Shown: positions 23,680 through 36,560, counted from the first letter of the stretch. The stretch is DNA of 64,000 bases from Callorhinchus milii (GCF_018977255.1 NW_024704742.1:132124001-132188000), one strand, 5' to 3'. Made by a program: numbers and translations. Notes: generated from the letters alone by a model not told the origin.

Positions 23680-24800
23680 ATCTTTTGTTGCTTGGTTCGA
23701 GTCCAACTTAACCAACTGCCTCCATTTCATCTCGGCAATAGTTTCATCTTCCGCTCCGCCCGATCACCTGCGGGGTACCCAGGGCTCCATCCTTGGCCCT
23801 CTTCGTTTCCTCATCTATGTACTCGCTCTAGGCAATGTCATCCTCAGACACAGGATAAACTTCCATGTGTATGCGGATGACACACAAATCTACTTTACTT
23901 CCTCCAGTACCAACTCCAGGTCTGCCTATGTTCTATCAGCTTGTCTGGCAGAAAACAGGGCCTGAATGAGTGAAGCTTCCTGCAGCTGAATGTGGACAGA
24001 CGGAAGCCATACTCCTTGGCTCCTGTTAATGGCTTCACCCCTGCCGATCTGAACTCTTCAATCTTCCTGGACTCTCCCTCAGACTCACCGAACCAGTGCG
24101 CAATCTGGATGTCTGGTTTGACCCCGGGCTGTCCTTCCTCCCCCACATCTGGTCCCTGAGCAGGACCACCTTCTTCCACTTCTGCCACATTGCCCGCCTC
24201 CGACCATACGTTACCCCAAATGCAGTCGAAACCCTCGTGCATGCGTTTGTTACCTCCCGCCTGGATTACACAAATGCATTCCTCGCTGGTCTCCCCAGCT
24301 CCACCATTCACAAGATCCAGCTCATTCAGAACTCAGACGCTCGCATACTGACCCGGACCAAAACTCCGTACCACATCTCACCAGGCTCCACTGGCTCCTC
24401 ATTACCGAACAGATCGACTTCAAGATCCTCACACTTGTGTTCAAATCCTTCACTCTCTGGCATCTCCCTACCTCTACGACCTCCTCACTCCCTAATCCAC
24501 CACTCAGTGCCTCTGCTTAACTCCTATCGGCCTCCTGCTCGTCTCTCTCACCCTCCGCCCCCCATTGGAGGTCACGCTTTCAGCCACCACGCTCCAAAAC
24601 TCTGGAACACTCTCCATCAATCATTCCGCCTTGACCCCCACCCTCTCTCTTTTTCAAATCCTGCCTGAAAACCTTCCTCTTCGACCACCTACACTCCACC
24701 CCACCACCACCCCAGCTCGGAGTCAGGCTCCACCACTGTTGAGCGCTCTGAGACGCTACGCTGCGTGGAGGGTGCTATATGAGTGCAAGTTGTTGTTGCT
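23680..24800 (+). mobile_element. L2 LINE 3' fragment, older and frameshifted
   Basis: YADD codons at ~23870; RNLDVWFDPGLSF...HAFVTSRLDYTNAFLAGLP; L2 tail. Confidence 0.92.
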
Positions 24801-25189
24801 ACTTCCTGACTGAAAGGGAATTAGTGCTGCAGCATATGAGGATGTGTGGATTGTGGATTCCGATACTTCACGACTGGAACTGCCGATTAGGCTGTTACGC
24901 TGTGGTAGGTTTTCTGATTGTATTCCTTGCAGGTATCCTTTTGATAGCTCTGCACCCTTCATTCAGCATTACTAATAGCTGAAGGTCACGATAGAGCAAT
25001 AGACATTTACAGTGCAGAAGAAGGACATTCAGCCCATTGTGTCTGTGATGCTCTGTGAACAATTCTGTTCATTCAAGTTTACCTGACTCTTCCATTTACC
25101 TGACTCCACCCCTCCCCATATTTCCTCTGCAGATTTTCCCTCTTTAGATATCCATCTGGTTCCCTCTTGAAAACTAAGCTGCTCTCCAC

Positions 25190-25887
25190 CTGTACTCCCA
25201 CGCACTCTCTGGGGACCCCAAACTTGGCTCTTGCCAAACTGCACCTGATACACTCCGGAATTATGTAAGCAGGATGTATCTTTCCGGGGAGAGAGAGATT
25301 GCGTATTCTATTCCAACCATGGGAAATTCCATGTGTAGGTGGGATGTATGGAACTCTCAGTCTAGTTTGGATACTCTTAAGCCTGGAGATGGGTTTCCGC
25401 ATTGTGGCATCATGATCCTGCCTCGACCAGCTCACAAGATGCCAGGGAACTCAGTTAAATGTTCAGTGGCATCATGGTGCATGTTGTCAATGTGTCAGGC
25501 AGACTTGGAGAAACAAATTCTCCAGTCAGGGATTCTTCCCACTCAGCTGCTGTTAACCCTGCAAGCCAAAGACCTAATAGGTATTTGATAAGACAAGCAG
25601 CAGGATGCTTGCAAGTCAGTGTTCACAGTGCCACCCAGCGTGGTTCCAGCAAATAAACTGAACCACACACACTCCGCCCACCCAAACCTTGACTCTTGCC
25701 AACTGGCATCTAATACGTTCTAGGACTTGTTGAGCAGGGCGAATCCATCTGGGGAGAGGGTGCACACTCCATTGTGGGGAAGCGGACGTTTCCATGCATA
25801 TATGGACCTCTCAATAGTTTGGTTTGGTTACTATCAAACATGGTGATAGGTCTCTATGTATGTCTGGCATCCTACCTGACAAAAAAT
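25190..25887 (+). mobile_element. Two tandem copies of family C (25190-25410, 25490-25887)
   Basis: Both carry CCAAAC(C)TTGRCTCTTGCCAA and TTTGG...ACT...GGWGATRGGT. Confidence 0.7.
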
Positions 25888-26011
25888 GTATTACAACAAC
25901 AACTTGCATTCTTATAGAGCGCTTCACACCAGGTTGCAGCTCAGCATGCTTAATAGTGGTGGAGCTTGACTTTATTTTGAAGTATCCAAATTTTAATGGT
26001 TTAAATGCACC

Positions 26012-27335
26012 TGAGAGTCCTGGTTTCGATTCCTGGCAGGGCAAAATGTTGGGGAAGTTTCCTTATATAGGAACATAGGAATATAGGAACAGGAGTAGGC
26101 CATTCAGCCTGTCGAGCTTGTTCCGCCATTTAATTAGATCATGGCTGATCTATATCTTTACTAGAATTTCAAATCCAATTTCCTGCTTTCTTCCCATATT
26201 CTTTAATACCCTGACCTACCAAGGGGCTTACTCCACGGGCCTCTGTTTACCTAGCAGTAAGTAGGAATTCGATTGTTAGTCAATTGGTGGATCATTTTTC
26301 TGCGGTGCAATAATCCTTCAAAAAAATGCAACAAGAAAATTACAGAGGATGGCGGCAGAATGGGTTAGGAGATGCAGTGGTAGGGCGGAGTGAGTCCATG
26401 GAGGGCTTTGAAGGTAAGGACCAGGATCTTGAACTGTATCCTCTGTGTAATGGGAAGCTAGTGGAGTCGGGCGAGGATGGGGGTGATAGAGTCCTGGAGC
26501 CTGGTGTGGAAGAAGACATGGGCTGCAGAGTTATGGATGATCTGCAGTCTATGGAGGGAAGAGTTGGGGAGGCTGACAAGCAGGGAGTTTGCATAGTCAA
26601 GCCTAGATGTAAGGAAAGCATGCATGAGAGCCTGCTCATGTGGCGAAATTGCAGAGCTGGGGGAAGGCAGAGCGGGTCATGTCATGAATGTGGGATAGAA
26701 AGGATAGAAACAAGACGTCAAGGTTCTGGACTGGCTTAGTAAGGTGGAGTGTGCATTCCATGGATGGTGATGCTGTCAGTGCCTGAGATGTGGAGGCGCT
26801 GACGGGAGCCAATCAGGAGGGCCTTGGTCTTGTTGATGTTCAACTGAAGAAAGTTAGCTCTCATCCAGGACTTGATGTCCGATAGACATTCTGTCAGGAC
26901 AGCAGTAGTCATGGAATTGAGGATAGAGGCAGAGAGAGAGTTGAGTGTCATCCACATACATGTGGAAGTTGACCCCATGTCTGCGGATGATATCACCAAG
27001 AGGGAGCATATAGATATTGAAGAAGAGAAAATAATAATAAGTTGGTCACTCAATCCACAACTGTTTGTGGGACACTGCTGTACGCAATTGGCTGCACATT
27101 TCACCCTGAAAGTATACAGTCAATTCACTTTACAATGTATTCTGTGAAGTCCAGTAACTCTGATGGTGGTGCGGAGGGGGAGATGGGGGGCGGGGAAAGA
27201 ACTGCACCACAGCCAAGTGGAGGTGGATGAACTGACGAGTGAAGTTAGCAGAAATCATGCATCTCTGTGCACTTTCAGACGCTTTGCGATGTCTCAAAGA
27301 TGTGATAAGGCGCTATATCAAATGCAAGGATGATA
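26012..27335 (+). mobile_element. One SINE family A split into four colinear pieces by three inserts
   Basis: Pieces 26012-26065, 26227-26326, 27030-27149, 27280-27335; inserts are a CR1 tail (-), an L2 internal fragment (-) and 130 bp of unknown origin. Confidence 0.75.
26345..27016 (-). mobile_element. L2 internal RT fragment without tail
   Basis: VLTECLSDIKSWMRANFLQLNINKTKALLIG. Confidence 0.88.
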
Positions 27336-28337
27336 TATATATATAATGAGATATTGTCCCCCTCACCTGTAGCCAACAATAATATTTTCCTGAATGAATA
27401 TTGTTAGGCAAAGGTATCAAAAAATATGGGGCAAACAAAGGTGGGTAAATGGCGTTAAGGTACAGATCAACCATGATCTAATAAAGAGGTGAAACAGGCT
27501 CAAAGGGCTAATGCCATACTGCTGTCCCTATGTTCCTCAGAGTTTTCAATGTACAATCTAGTGGACAAGGTCAAGATCCTCATTCGGTTTGACTCAAAAT
27601 TTTGCTTTGATGAATCATATAAAGCTGCCCCTCACTTGCCATAGACTCAAACTGATATTAGCAAATATCTAGCCTACCCATCTGTGCCAGTGACATCAAT
27701 CAGTATTAATTCACAAAGAGTGAATGTCTCTGAGCTTCATAGTTTGATGGACGTGTGCAAACGAAAAGGCAAAGCATAGCTCACTCACTGATGCTGAGCT
27801 GTAGCTTTTTAATGCTATGCTATGACACATGTGGACTTAGACCTTTCAAAATCCTTTAACCTCATAACTCGCATTTATTGTAACAAATGGAAAATAATCC
27901 TCTTTCTAATGTCCAATATGAATTCTAAAATAATGCCACTTGTTTCTTACCCTGAACCTATGCTGGAATATTTACAGTGAAAGATGTTCAAGAAAATAAG
28001 TAGTGACAAGGCAGATGCTTAAATATTTTTTTCAACAAACAAATTATCTTTAAAGCTAAAGTGCTATTAAATCATTATTAGCAGCTCCTGACATTGAAAT
28101 TTGCCCACATATTGAGAGTGTCTACTGCTTAGAGGGTGAAAGTGTATGATTTCCTGACTGGATCAGGTATATTTTGCCTACACAGTATAAAGTCAATTCA
28201 CTTTATAGTATATTCTCTGAACCGTTTTGCGATGTCTCAACGATGTGATAATACTCCATATCAATTTGGTAACTAGATGTACAACACTTCATCCCACAGG
28301 AGCTGTGTTCCTGAAGTAGATCATTGACAGCATGGAG

Positions 28338-28755
28338 ATCAACCTGGCTCAGTCGGCAACATTCTCGCTTCTGAGTCAGACGGTTGTGGGTTCAAGTCCC
28401 CAGGTCAGGAATTTGAACTCACACTGTCTATGCCGACACTCCAATGTAGTGCTGGGGGAAGCGCTGCATTTCAGAAGTGTTGTCCTTTGGATGAGATGTT
28501 CAACAAGGTCCAGTCTGCCTGTCAGATAAACATTAAAGATTTTGAAAAGAGAAGGGAGTTTCTCTCCTGGTGCTCTAACCAACAATCCCCCAAATAAAAA
28601 ATTGGTCATTCACTTCATGGCTGTTGTGGAGACATTGCTGTAAAAAAAATTGTCGCATTTATCTACAAAATACTCAGTCACGCTACATTACAGTGAATCC
28701 TGTGAAGTGCTTTCAGATGTCCTCTCGACAATATATAAAATGTAAGAGTTGTTAT
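28338..28755 (+). mobile_element. SINE family B, full length
   Basis: Head, Deu core, tail. Confidence 0.88.
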
Positions 28756-29044
28756 TTTTGGTTCCTGCTGATCAGTGTAGTAGACGTTGAGTTTCTAGAA
28801 GGATACCTGGAACAGGGTTACCAGGAAGGATGGTTGAGACAACAACAACAATAAAATTACATTTGTATAGCGCCTTTTGCATTGGGAGGACGTCCCAGCA
28901 GAACATTGGACTATTTAAAAAAAGGCTTGTTACTGTAACAGAAAGACAATTGGATCAGCTGGAATGATGGGCCAAAGTTGCCTTCTTCATCTAAACCTCT
29001 CTTTTGATATTGTGTGATTCAGTGAGCAGTATGTATACAATACG

Positions 29045-29300
29045 CATTTATATAACGCACTTCATGTCAGGAGGTTGTCTCAAAGCACATCCACAAGCTG
29101 TGCATGGGAGCCAAGGGGGCAGTGAGGAACGGAAAAATTATTGAAAGCGGGTCAAAGAGGCATGTTTTAAGATGCGCCTTGATAGAGAGAGGGAACGAGG
29201 CAGCGAGTTGGAGGGACTCTGGGATGGAGTTCCAGAGAATGGGCTGAAGGTCCGTCCACCAATGGTGGGACAGATGGTGCGAGGATCATGAAACAGGCCT
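29045..29300 (-). mobile_element. L2 3' end, degenerate
   Basis: GGGATGGAGTTCCAGAG motif and reverse tail. Confidence 0.7.
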
Positions 29301-29644
29301 ATGCAAGTCCATGCAGTAAATACTATATAACTTGAAATTGTGCCTCTCTCTTTCTCTCTCTCATTAATAATATATGATAAAGCAAAATCTAAGATTTTTG
29401 AAAATTGCTAACAGCAAAATGGAACTCCAAAGACAGCAGTTGGGATTCCCTCTCCAGCAAACTGACATTTACTTGTGGGCAATAATTTACATTAACTTTA
29501 TTGAAAGAGAGAACCTTCTTCCTCCTTATACTTTGAAACCTCACAAATTGCCTTTCAATAATTAATGTCCATTGCAGTAACTTTTTTTTATATAAGGTAA
29601 AGGCAATAGCCATTTTGCATCCCGCAAAGACCGAAAAACATCCA

Positions 29645-30004
29645 TAATAATAATAATCCTTGCATTTCACACAGCGCTTTATCATATCTTTGTGATGTTT
29701 CAAAACATGACTAGGAAACGCGGCAGCTACTTGTGCACAGCTGTGTCCCACAAACAGTCGTGGATTGAGTGACCAAATTATTTTTTTTTTTAGCATTATT
29801 GTGAAGGGATTATTAACCCGGGAAAAGCAATCTGCCAATCGACTAACAATCGGGTTTCCATTTACTAATAAAATATAATAATAATAATCCTTGCATTTTA
29901 TACACCACTTATCATGTCTTCGAGATGTCTCAAAGTGCTTCACAGAATATACTGTAAAGTGAATTGACTGTAAATTTTGTGGGCGAAACGCGGCAGTCAA
30001 TTGA
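29645..30004 (-). mobile_element. Two SINE family A fragments
   Basis: Two reverse tails at ~29645 and ~29875. Confidence 0.85.
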
Positions 30005-30280
30005 TCAGTAAATGGACTGTCAGCACCTTGGGACATCATCCCCACGTGAAAGGCGCTATACAGATCAGCCATGATCTAATTGAATGGTGGAACAGGCTTG
30101 AAGGGCTGAATGGCCTACTCCTGTTACTATGTTCCTATGTTACTTTGTTCCTATACAAATTTAATTTGTTGGACACTCAGAGAAACTGTCTTCTCTTGGT
30201 TTCATCCACTTTGCAGTGGTCCCCCAATACCACTCTGGAATGTCAACACAGACTCAAAGCTCTGGTTCCAACCACAGGCC

Positions 30281-30660
30281 TTTTTTGGGGGTCAGTCGGG
30301 TGTCTGACACATGTGGAAACCCATCACCATATTTAAGAGTATTCAAATCAAACTGAGAATTCCATGCATCCCACCTACACATGGAAATTCCAGAGATAGA
30401 TGATTGGAATGGAATGCGCTCTCTCTCCCTGGAGGGACTCATCCTGCTTATTCAATTCCAGAAACTATTAGGCCCAGGTTGGCGAGAATGAAGGCTTGGG
30501 AACCCCAGAGTGTGCATTGGGGTAACTGCAAGAGTCTAACCAGCTAAAATCACATAGCTTGCCATTGAGATGCCATCCGGCATGAAGGTTGTTATATAAG
30601 TGCAAGTTTTTGTTGTTGATATCGCTGTCTGGCAAGCTTTCCCGCTGCTTGTTCAGCTAG
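30281..30660 (-). mobile_element. Family C copy containing a short L2 tail (~30565-30620)
   Basis: GGTCAGTCGGGTGTCTGACACATGTGGAAACCCATCACC...GGCAAGCTTTCCCGCTGCTTGTTCAGCTAG. Confidence 0.75.
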
Positions 30661-30939
30661 GACATTGGGCTTGAATCCACAACCTTCTGACTCAGCAGTG
30701 ACTGTGTGTTTCTAAACTGAGCCAGGCTGACACCTCAAGATGACATTGACTATTTTAAAATAAGATTGAAAGGGGGAATAGTTGTGTGGGATAAGTTCGG
30801 CTGGATTTTGCTTCAGCCCAGAAATTGCTGGAGATGTGCATCAAGTCAAACAACGTCTGAAAGAGAAAGATAGGTTGGTGCGTCAGGTGTGACTATTCAT
30901 CAGAAGTGGAATTGTTGGGCTTGAGAAACTGTGTATAAG

Positions 30940-31012
30940 ATTGAGGAAAGGTAATTTGATTGAAGCACTTGACCTGTGGTCTTTCACTTCAATCAAACTG
31001 ACTGTCCTCAAT
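30940..31012. repeat. 73-nt hairpin
   Basis: TTGAGGAAAGGTAATTTGATTGAAG pairs with CTTCAATCAAACTGACTGTCCTCAA (21/25, 11 perfect inner pairs). Confidence 0.8.
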
Positions 31013-31309
31013 TACAAGCTGCTGTGCACCCACGCATCATTTTTTCCTTAATTGTAATGTACCACCCTCCTATGTCCTACACATCCATTTTTCTGTGTTA
31101 ATTTCATCTTGTCAGTAACAATAAAAAGCAAAACTCATTTCCATCTGTCCCTCTCCTCACGTGGTCTGTCTCTGACTTTCCCTTTCCCTTGCACTTTTCT
31201 CACTCTCACCTCAGGTGATACGCTGTCTACCAACACCCTCCATAAACCCTTCCCAACAGCCACATTGCTCACTTAAAGAGAATAATAATAATTATTACAT
31301 ATATTTTGT

Positions 31310-32090
31310 ACCCCATAATGTCAACAAAGCTTCTTAAGGAGCTTCACAGTATTCGCATCAACCTATCTTTCTGTTTCAGATACTGTTTGACGTGGTGTCT
31401 GTGTATTTTGTAGCAAATGCTACAGCCAATTTGCGACAAGCAAATGTCCCACAAACTGCCATGAAGTGAATGATCAATTTTATTGGGGTGGGGGGCTGCT
31501 TGGGGATGTTGTTTAAAAACACTGGAGAAACTCCTTTCTTTTTTCAAATAGAGAGATCTTAGGCAGCAGATGAATTCCTGTAGAGTCCTGCAGCTCAGTG
31601 GTTAGAGCATTCGCTTTGCAAGCGAGAGATCTGGGTTCGATTCCCAGCAAGGTGAAACCTTGGGCAAGTTTCCTTACTCCACATGCCTGATAATAGTCCC
31701 TCAAGAAAAATAAAACAATAATAAATTGGTCACTTCATTCCACGACTGTTTGTGGGATACTGCTGTGCGCAATTGGCTGCCGCATTTCACCCTAAATAAT
31801 ACAGTCAATTCACTTTACATTCTATTCTGTGAAGCGCTTTGAGACGTTTTCTCTTGGACCGTGCCTTCATCTCCCCTCTCGACTCTCTACCCCCTCCTCG
31901 CTCCCTCCCTTCCCTCCCCTCACCCTGATCATTTCCCCCCTGCTCGGGTCCTGATCCAACTGTACAGCGCCTTGGGACGTCCTCCCGACGTGAAAGGCGC
32001 TCTATAAATGGAATCTTGTTGTTGTTGTCTAGAAGACGTGAAAAAGCGCTATATCAAATGCAAGGATTATTATTATTATTATTATTATTA

Positions 32091-32138
<48 letters not shown>

Positions 32139-32260
32139 CACCTCATGTGAAGATCGGCACCTCTGACAATACGGCGCAGTGCACTGGAGTGTCAGCATAG
32201 ACTGAGGAAAAACCCACAATCTTATGACTCAAAATAAGAGTGTTACCCACTGGACCAGCT
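31310..32260. mobile_element. Triple nest: SINE B (-) containing SINE A (+, 31581-32138) containing L2 3' end (+, 31848-32028)
   Basis: Each host resumes colinearly after its insert. Confidence 0.88.
32066..32138. repeat. (TTA)n microsatellite, expanded SINE tail
   Basis: Direct reading; two interruptions. Confidence 0.95.
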
Positions 32261-32521
32261 TGAATACTTATGTTCTCACCATCTTCTGCAGATACTATAT
32301 ATATCCCGCTTTCCTCTGACACTGCCAGCTAGAAATTCAAAATAAGTGAGTCCTTTCTACCTTTCCTAAGATAGTGTGCTGAACAGTAATAATAATCCTT
32401 GCATTTGATATAGCGCTTTTCACATCTTCTAGACATCTCAAAGCTCAAATGTATAACTTTGGTAACCTTACTTTCCCTTGTTGGATAATTTAAACTTTCT
32501 CTTTGGCCATATAGGTAAGTG

Positions 32522-32900
32522 ATAATAATAATCCTTGCACTTGATATAGCACCCTATCACGTCGTCGAGAAGTCTCAAAGTGCTCCACAGAATATACTGT
32601 AAAGTTAATTGACTACATATTTTGTGGGCGAAATGCAGCAGTCAATTGCGCACATAGTGTCCGACAAACAGTCATGGATAGAGTGACCAAAATATTATAC
32701 CTTTATTTTATTTTTGAAGAGATTATTACCTCTGGAAAAGTGAACTGCCAATCGACTAACAACTGGGTTCCTACTTATTGCTAGGTAAACAGAAGCGTCT
32801 GGAGTAAGGCAACTTGCCTAATCTTTCATCCTTCTCAGGAATTGAGTGCAGGTCTTCTTACTTGGGAGGGGAATGTTCAAACCAATATGCTGCATCACTC
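32522..32900 (-). mobile_element. SINE family A, full length
   Basis: Tail, body, degenerate head. Confidence 0.88.
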
Positions 32901-33152
32901 CATGGCATCTTGTAATGAGTCATCGAGATAGCTTTTACCCTCACGTGATCAGCCTTGTTTTTAACTACAGTTATTCCCCTTATCTTCTCACTTACTGTAC
33001 TTTCACTTGACTTCCCTGTCTGCAGGCATGCTCACCCTCCCATCTTGACAAACAAGCCCAGGGTACCTTCGGGTAAAAGGTTCACCACCCCAAAAGGCAC
33101 CTGTTTACAAATGGATGTTTGTTTTTCATAGATTTTATTTTTTTGGGACATT

Positions 33153-33508
33153 AATAATAATAATTCTTGCATTTAATATAGTGCCTTATCACGTCTTCAA
33201 CACATCTCAAAGTGCTTCATAGAATATACTGTAAAGTGAATTGACTGTATATTTTGTGGACGAAATACAGCAGCCAATTGCGCACATCAGTGTCCCTCAA
33301 ACAGTCATGGTGCCACAATATTAATATTTTTTTTCGAAGGAATTATTACCCCCAGAAAAGCGATCCACCAATCGATTAACGATGGGGTTGCTACTTACTG
33401 CCAGGTAAGGAGCAAGGAAACATGCCCAACATTTCGCTCTACCCGGGAATCAAACCCAGCTCCTCTCGCTTGCGAGACGAGTGCTCTAACCACTGAGCTA
33501 CAGGATCC
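33153..33508 (-). mobile_element. SINE family A, full length
   Basis: Ends GTGCTCTAACCACTGAGCTACAGGA (reverse head). Confidence 0.92.
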
Positions 33509-34506
33509 CACAGGATGTCTCAAAGCGCTTCACAGAATATACTTTAAAGTGAACTGACTGTATATTTTGTGGGCGAAACCCGACAGCCAATTGCATACAG
33601 CAGTGTTCCACAAATAGGCGTGGATTAAGTGATCAAATCCAGCTCCAGAAAAATACATCAAAGGTCAGGAAACAAATCGGGATCATAATTTGTCACAGTA
33701 ATTACACTGTAATTTCAGTCAGCGCATGACTACCGCAGTATAGTCCTCCTGGTGCCCTTGTTAGTGTCTCTTCTGCTTTTTTCTATTAAACATGCCTTTA
33801 TAAAATAAATTGCAATAATGGCATGTCTTCTACCCCCCATGTCCTGCGCTAGCCGCCCTTGAATGTCCTGCCAATTTGAAACCTGTGTGTTGGAGTGTGA
33901 GATGACTCAGTAAACCATGTTTGCCATCCATCACCCTGCCCACTCATTGGGGAATAGGCTGATTCCTCACTGAAAGCACAACCATTCACTGCAGTTATCA
34001 TCAGTGCTCTTATTGTCAGGGTTTTTTTTTTGCCTTGAATTCCCATACAGTTGTGATATAAAAGGCTTTCAGCCTGTCTGTCTTCACTCTCTAGAATTCC
34101 ACTGCGCAGTCCCTCCGACTCGCTCCCTCTCCCACTTTGTTCAAGGTCTGTCTCAATGCCTACCTCTTTGAGCATGCACCTTATCACATTGTATTGTATT
34201 TTCACATTAATTTCGGTAAATGAATTGTCCTGGATTAAAGTGGTCCAAGCAATTTGTATTCAGGGTTATCCTTCAGCATCACGTACTCTCTTCCCATCCA
34301 TTGCCGTGTACTTAATGGAATACAAACCTCCTAAAGACAGTGCTAGGGCTTTGCTTCCTTTTGGGAATTAGAAATCAGTTTTTTCAGGATTTCTTTCCTT
34401 CCTGGAATCGTCAACTCCTTTATCAGCTTTTAACATGGGGTCCTCATCATGTGGGGAAAGGGTGGCAGTTCCAGTGAGGTCTTGAAAATATTTACTCACA
34501 TTTCAG

Positions 34507-35177
34507 AATAATACAAGTCCTTGCATTTGATAGAGTGCCTTATTATGTTGATGATTCATCTCAAAGAATTTCGCAGGATTTACAGTCTGTGACTGGGAAT
34601 TTTGTAGGTGAACACAGCAGTCAGTTTGCGCACAGCAATGTCCCGCAAACAGCCACGTGTCAGCCTGGCTCAGTAAGTAGCACTCTCGACTCTGAGTCAG
34701 AAGGGTGTGGGTTAAAGCCTTTCATTGAGACTTGAAACTCATATGGTCTAGGCTGACACTTCAATGCAGTGCTGGAGTGTACAGCATGGAGGTACCGTCC
34801 TTCAGGTGAGACTTTAAACCAAGCCCCCATCTGGTTGTCCAGGTGGATATTTCGCCCCCAAAGAACACAATTATGCCTTGTGAGTGAGAGGACCCGGGTT
34901 TGATTCCTGGGCGGGATGAAAATTTTGGCAAGACTCCTTACTCCTCATGCCTCTGTATATCTAGCAAGGAGTAGGAATCCAGTTGTTAGTCGATTGGCAT
35001 ACCGCTTTCCTCAAAAAAAATTGTTCACGCATTCCACGACTGTTTGTGTGACACTTCTGTGTGCAATTGACTGCTGCATTTCGCCCCCAAAAGACACAGT
35101 CAATGCACTTTACAATACTCCTGGGACGTCCTCCCGACATGAAAGGCGCTATACAAATGTAATCTTGTTGTTGTTGT
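34507..35177. mobile_element. SINE cluster: B tail (-), B head (+, 34657-34850), A (+, 34878-35118) ending in an L2-type tail
   Basis: Family motifs read in order. Confidence 0.8.
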
Positions 35178-36204
35178 ACTGTCTGTGAATATTAATGCTT
35201 TTATTAACGCTTCAATTAAGCTGAAAATATGAACAAATTGACATATTAGCTCTTCCGACATCCCCTTATTTTACACTTTTATTCTCTTGTTACCTGCCTT
35301 CCTGCCTGACCGTCCGATCCAGTATGTTTTGTTGCCGGCTGATAAGAGCGCAGGATTAGGATTCATTTTTCAACCCGCTTTTGGCACTAATGTGCCCTCA
35401 ACTGCACCAGCAGTTTGCCGCAAAAATTGGCAATTTGGCAACATTTACTTCTTTGACCACACTTTTATTCATCTTTATAATAATAATCCTAGCATTTCAT
35501 ATAGTACATTATCATATCGTTGAGACGTCTCAAAGCGCTTCACAGAATATACTGTAAAGTGGATTGATTGTGTATCTTGTGGGCGAAATACAGCAGCCAA
35601 ATTTGCACAGCAGTATCCCACAAGCAATCCTGGATTGAATTACCAAATTTAAAAAAATATCAATTTTTTAAAACAATTATATACTTTTGAAATTTAAAAC
35701 GAAATCTGCGAAATTTCTTCGGGGGAAGAAACAGCAGAGTAGCAGAAGCCTACACACGGCTGCCAGAGGAATCTCCACCTGCGTGGTAAATGTAAATCGG
35801 GTTAATAAACATCAAAGCTTGAGAGACCTTGGCATTAACCAACAAATGCAGAAAAAAAAATGAATCATTATAAACACAGCAGGCAATACTCTGAGGAAGG
35901 GAAGGATTTAGTGGAGATGATTCTGTGCGACAGATTGCAGTTAAGATATTGATCAATGCTGTTTCTTCCAATAGGATCCTGTTGATTTGGACTTCATTAC
36001 CGTCTTCTAAATATAGCTCCACGTTCTCAATCACATGTTCAAAGAGAATAACATTCTCTGCCAGTTAACCAGCCGAAGAAAACCAGCCCGAAATTCCATC
36101 TAGTCTTAGCCTCTGGGACCATTTCGCTTTAAAACTTAACTTTATAACAATAAGATTTTCACGTCTCAAACCACTTCCAACAGGATTTATTGTAAAGTAG
36201 TCTT

Positions 36205-36560
36205 GTAGTGCCCTTTGAGAGCCCTTGCCTCACAAGCCTGGGGACCAGATTCTATTCCCCAGGGAGAGCAAAACTTTAGGCAAGTTTCCTTATTTCACAC
36301 GCCTCTGTTTACCAAATGGTAAGCAGGAACTCGGTTGTTAGTCAATTGGCTCTGGGGTTAATAATCCATTCAATAAATAAACAATTCGGTCACTCAATCT
36401 ACAACTGTTTGTGGAGACTGCTGTTTGTGGACACGGCAGCACAATTGGCTGTCGTGCTTAATAAACAGTCAATCCACTTTACAGTACATTCTGTGAAGCG
36501 CCTGGTGATGTCTTCAATGCGATAAGGCTCTATATCAAATGCAAGGATTATTATTATATT
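36205..36560 (+). mobile_element. SINE family A, degenerate
   Basis: GGCAAGTTTCCTTATTTCACACGCCTCTGTTTACC and tail. Confidence 0.85.

Noticed and set aside
24815..24980. Possible inverted repeat ATTAGT...ACTAAT
   Set aside because: Arms too degenerate to distinguish from chance by eye
29389..30072. 227-aa ORF
   Set aside because: Read-through of two SINE copies plus flank (the DYYY motif comes from TTA tails)
33440..33508. tRNA genes at SINE heads (here, 7862, 50000, 61408 and others)
   Set aside because: A/B boxes are present but run into the SINE body; no intact acceptor stem or terminator
35750..36034. Protein-like 94-aa minus-strand ORF (MIENVELYLEDG...)
   Set aside because: No recognisable family, non-ATG start and no convincing splice sites
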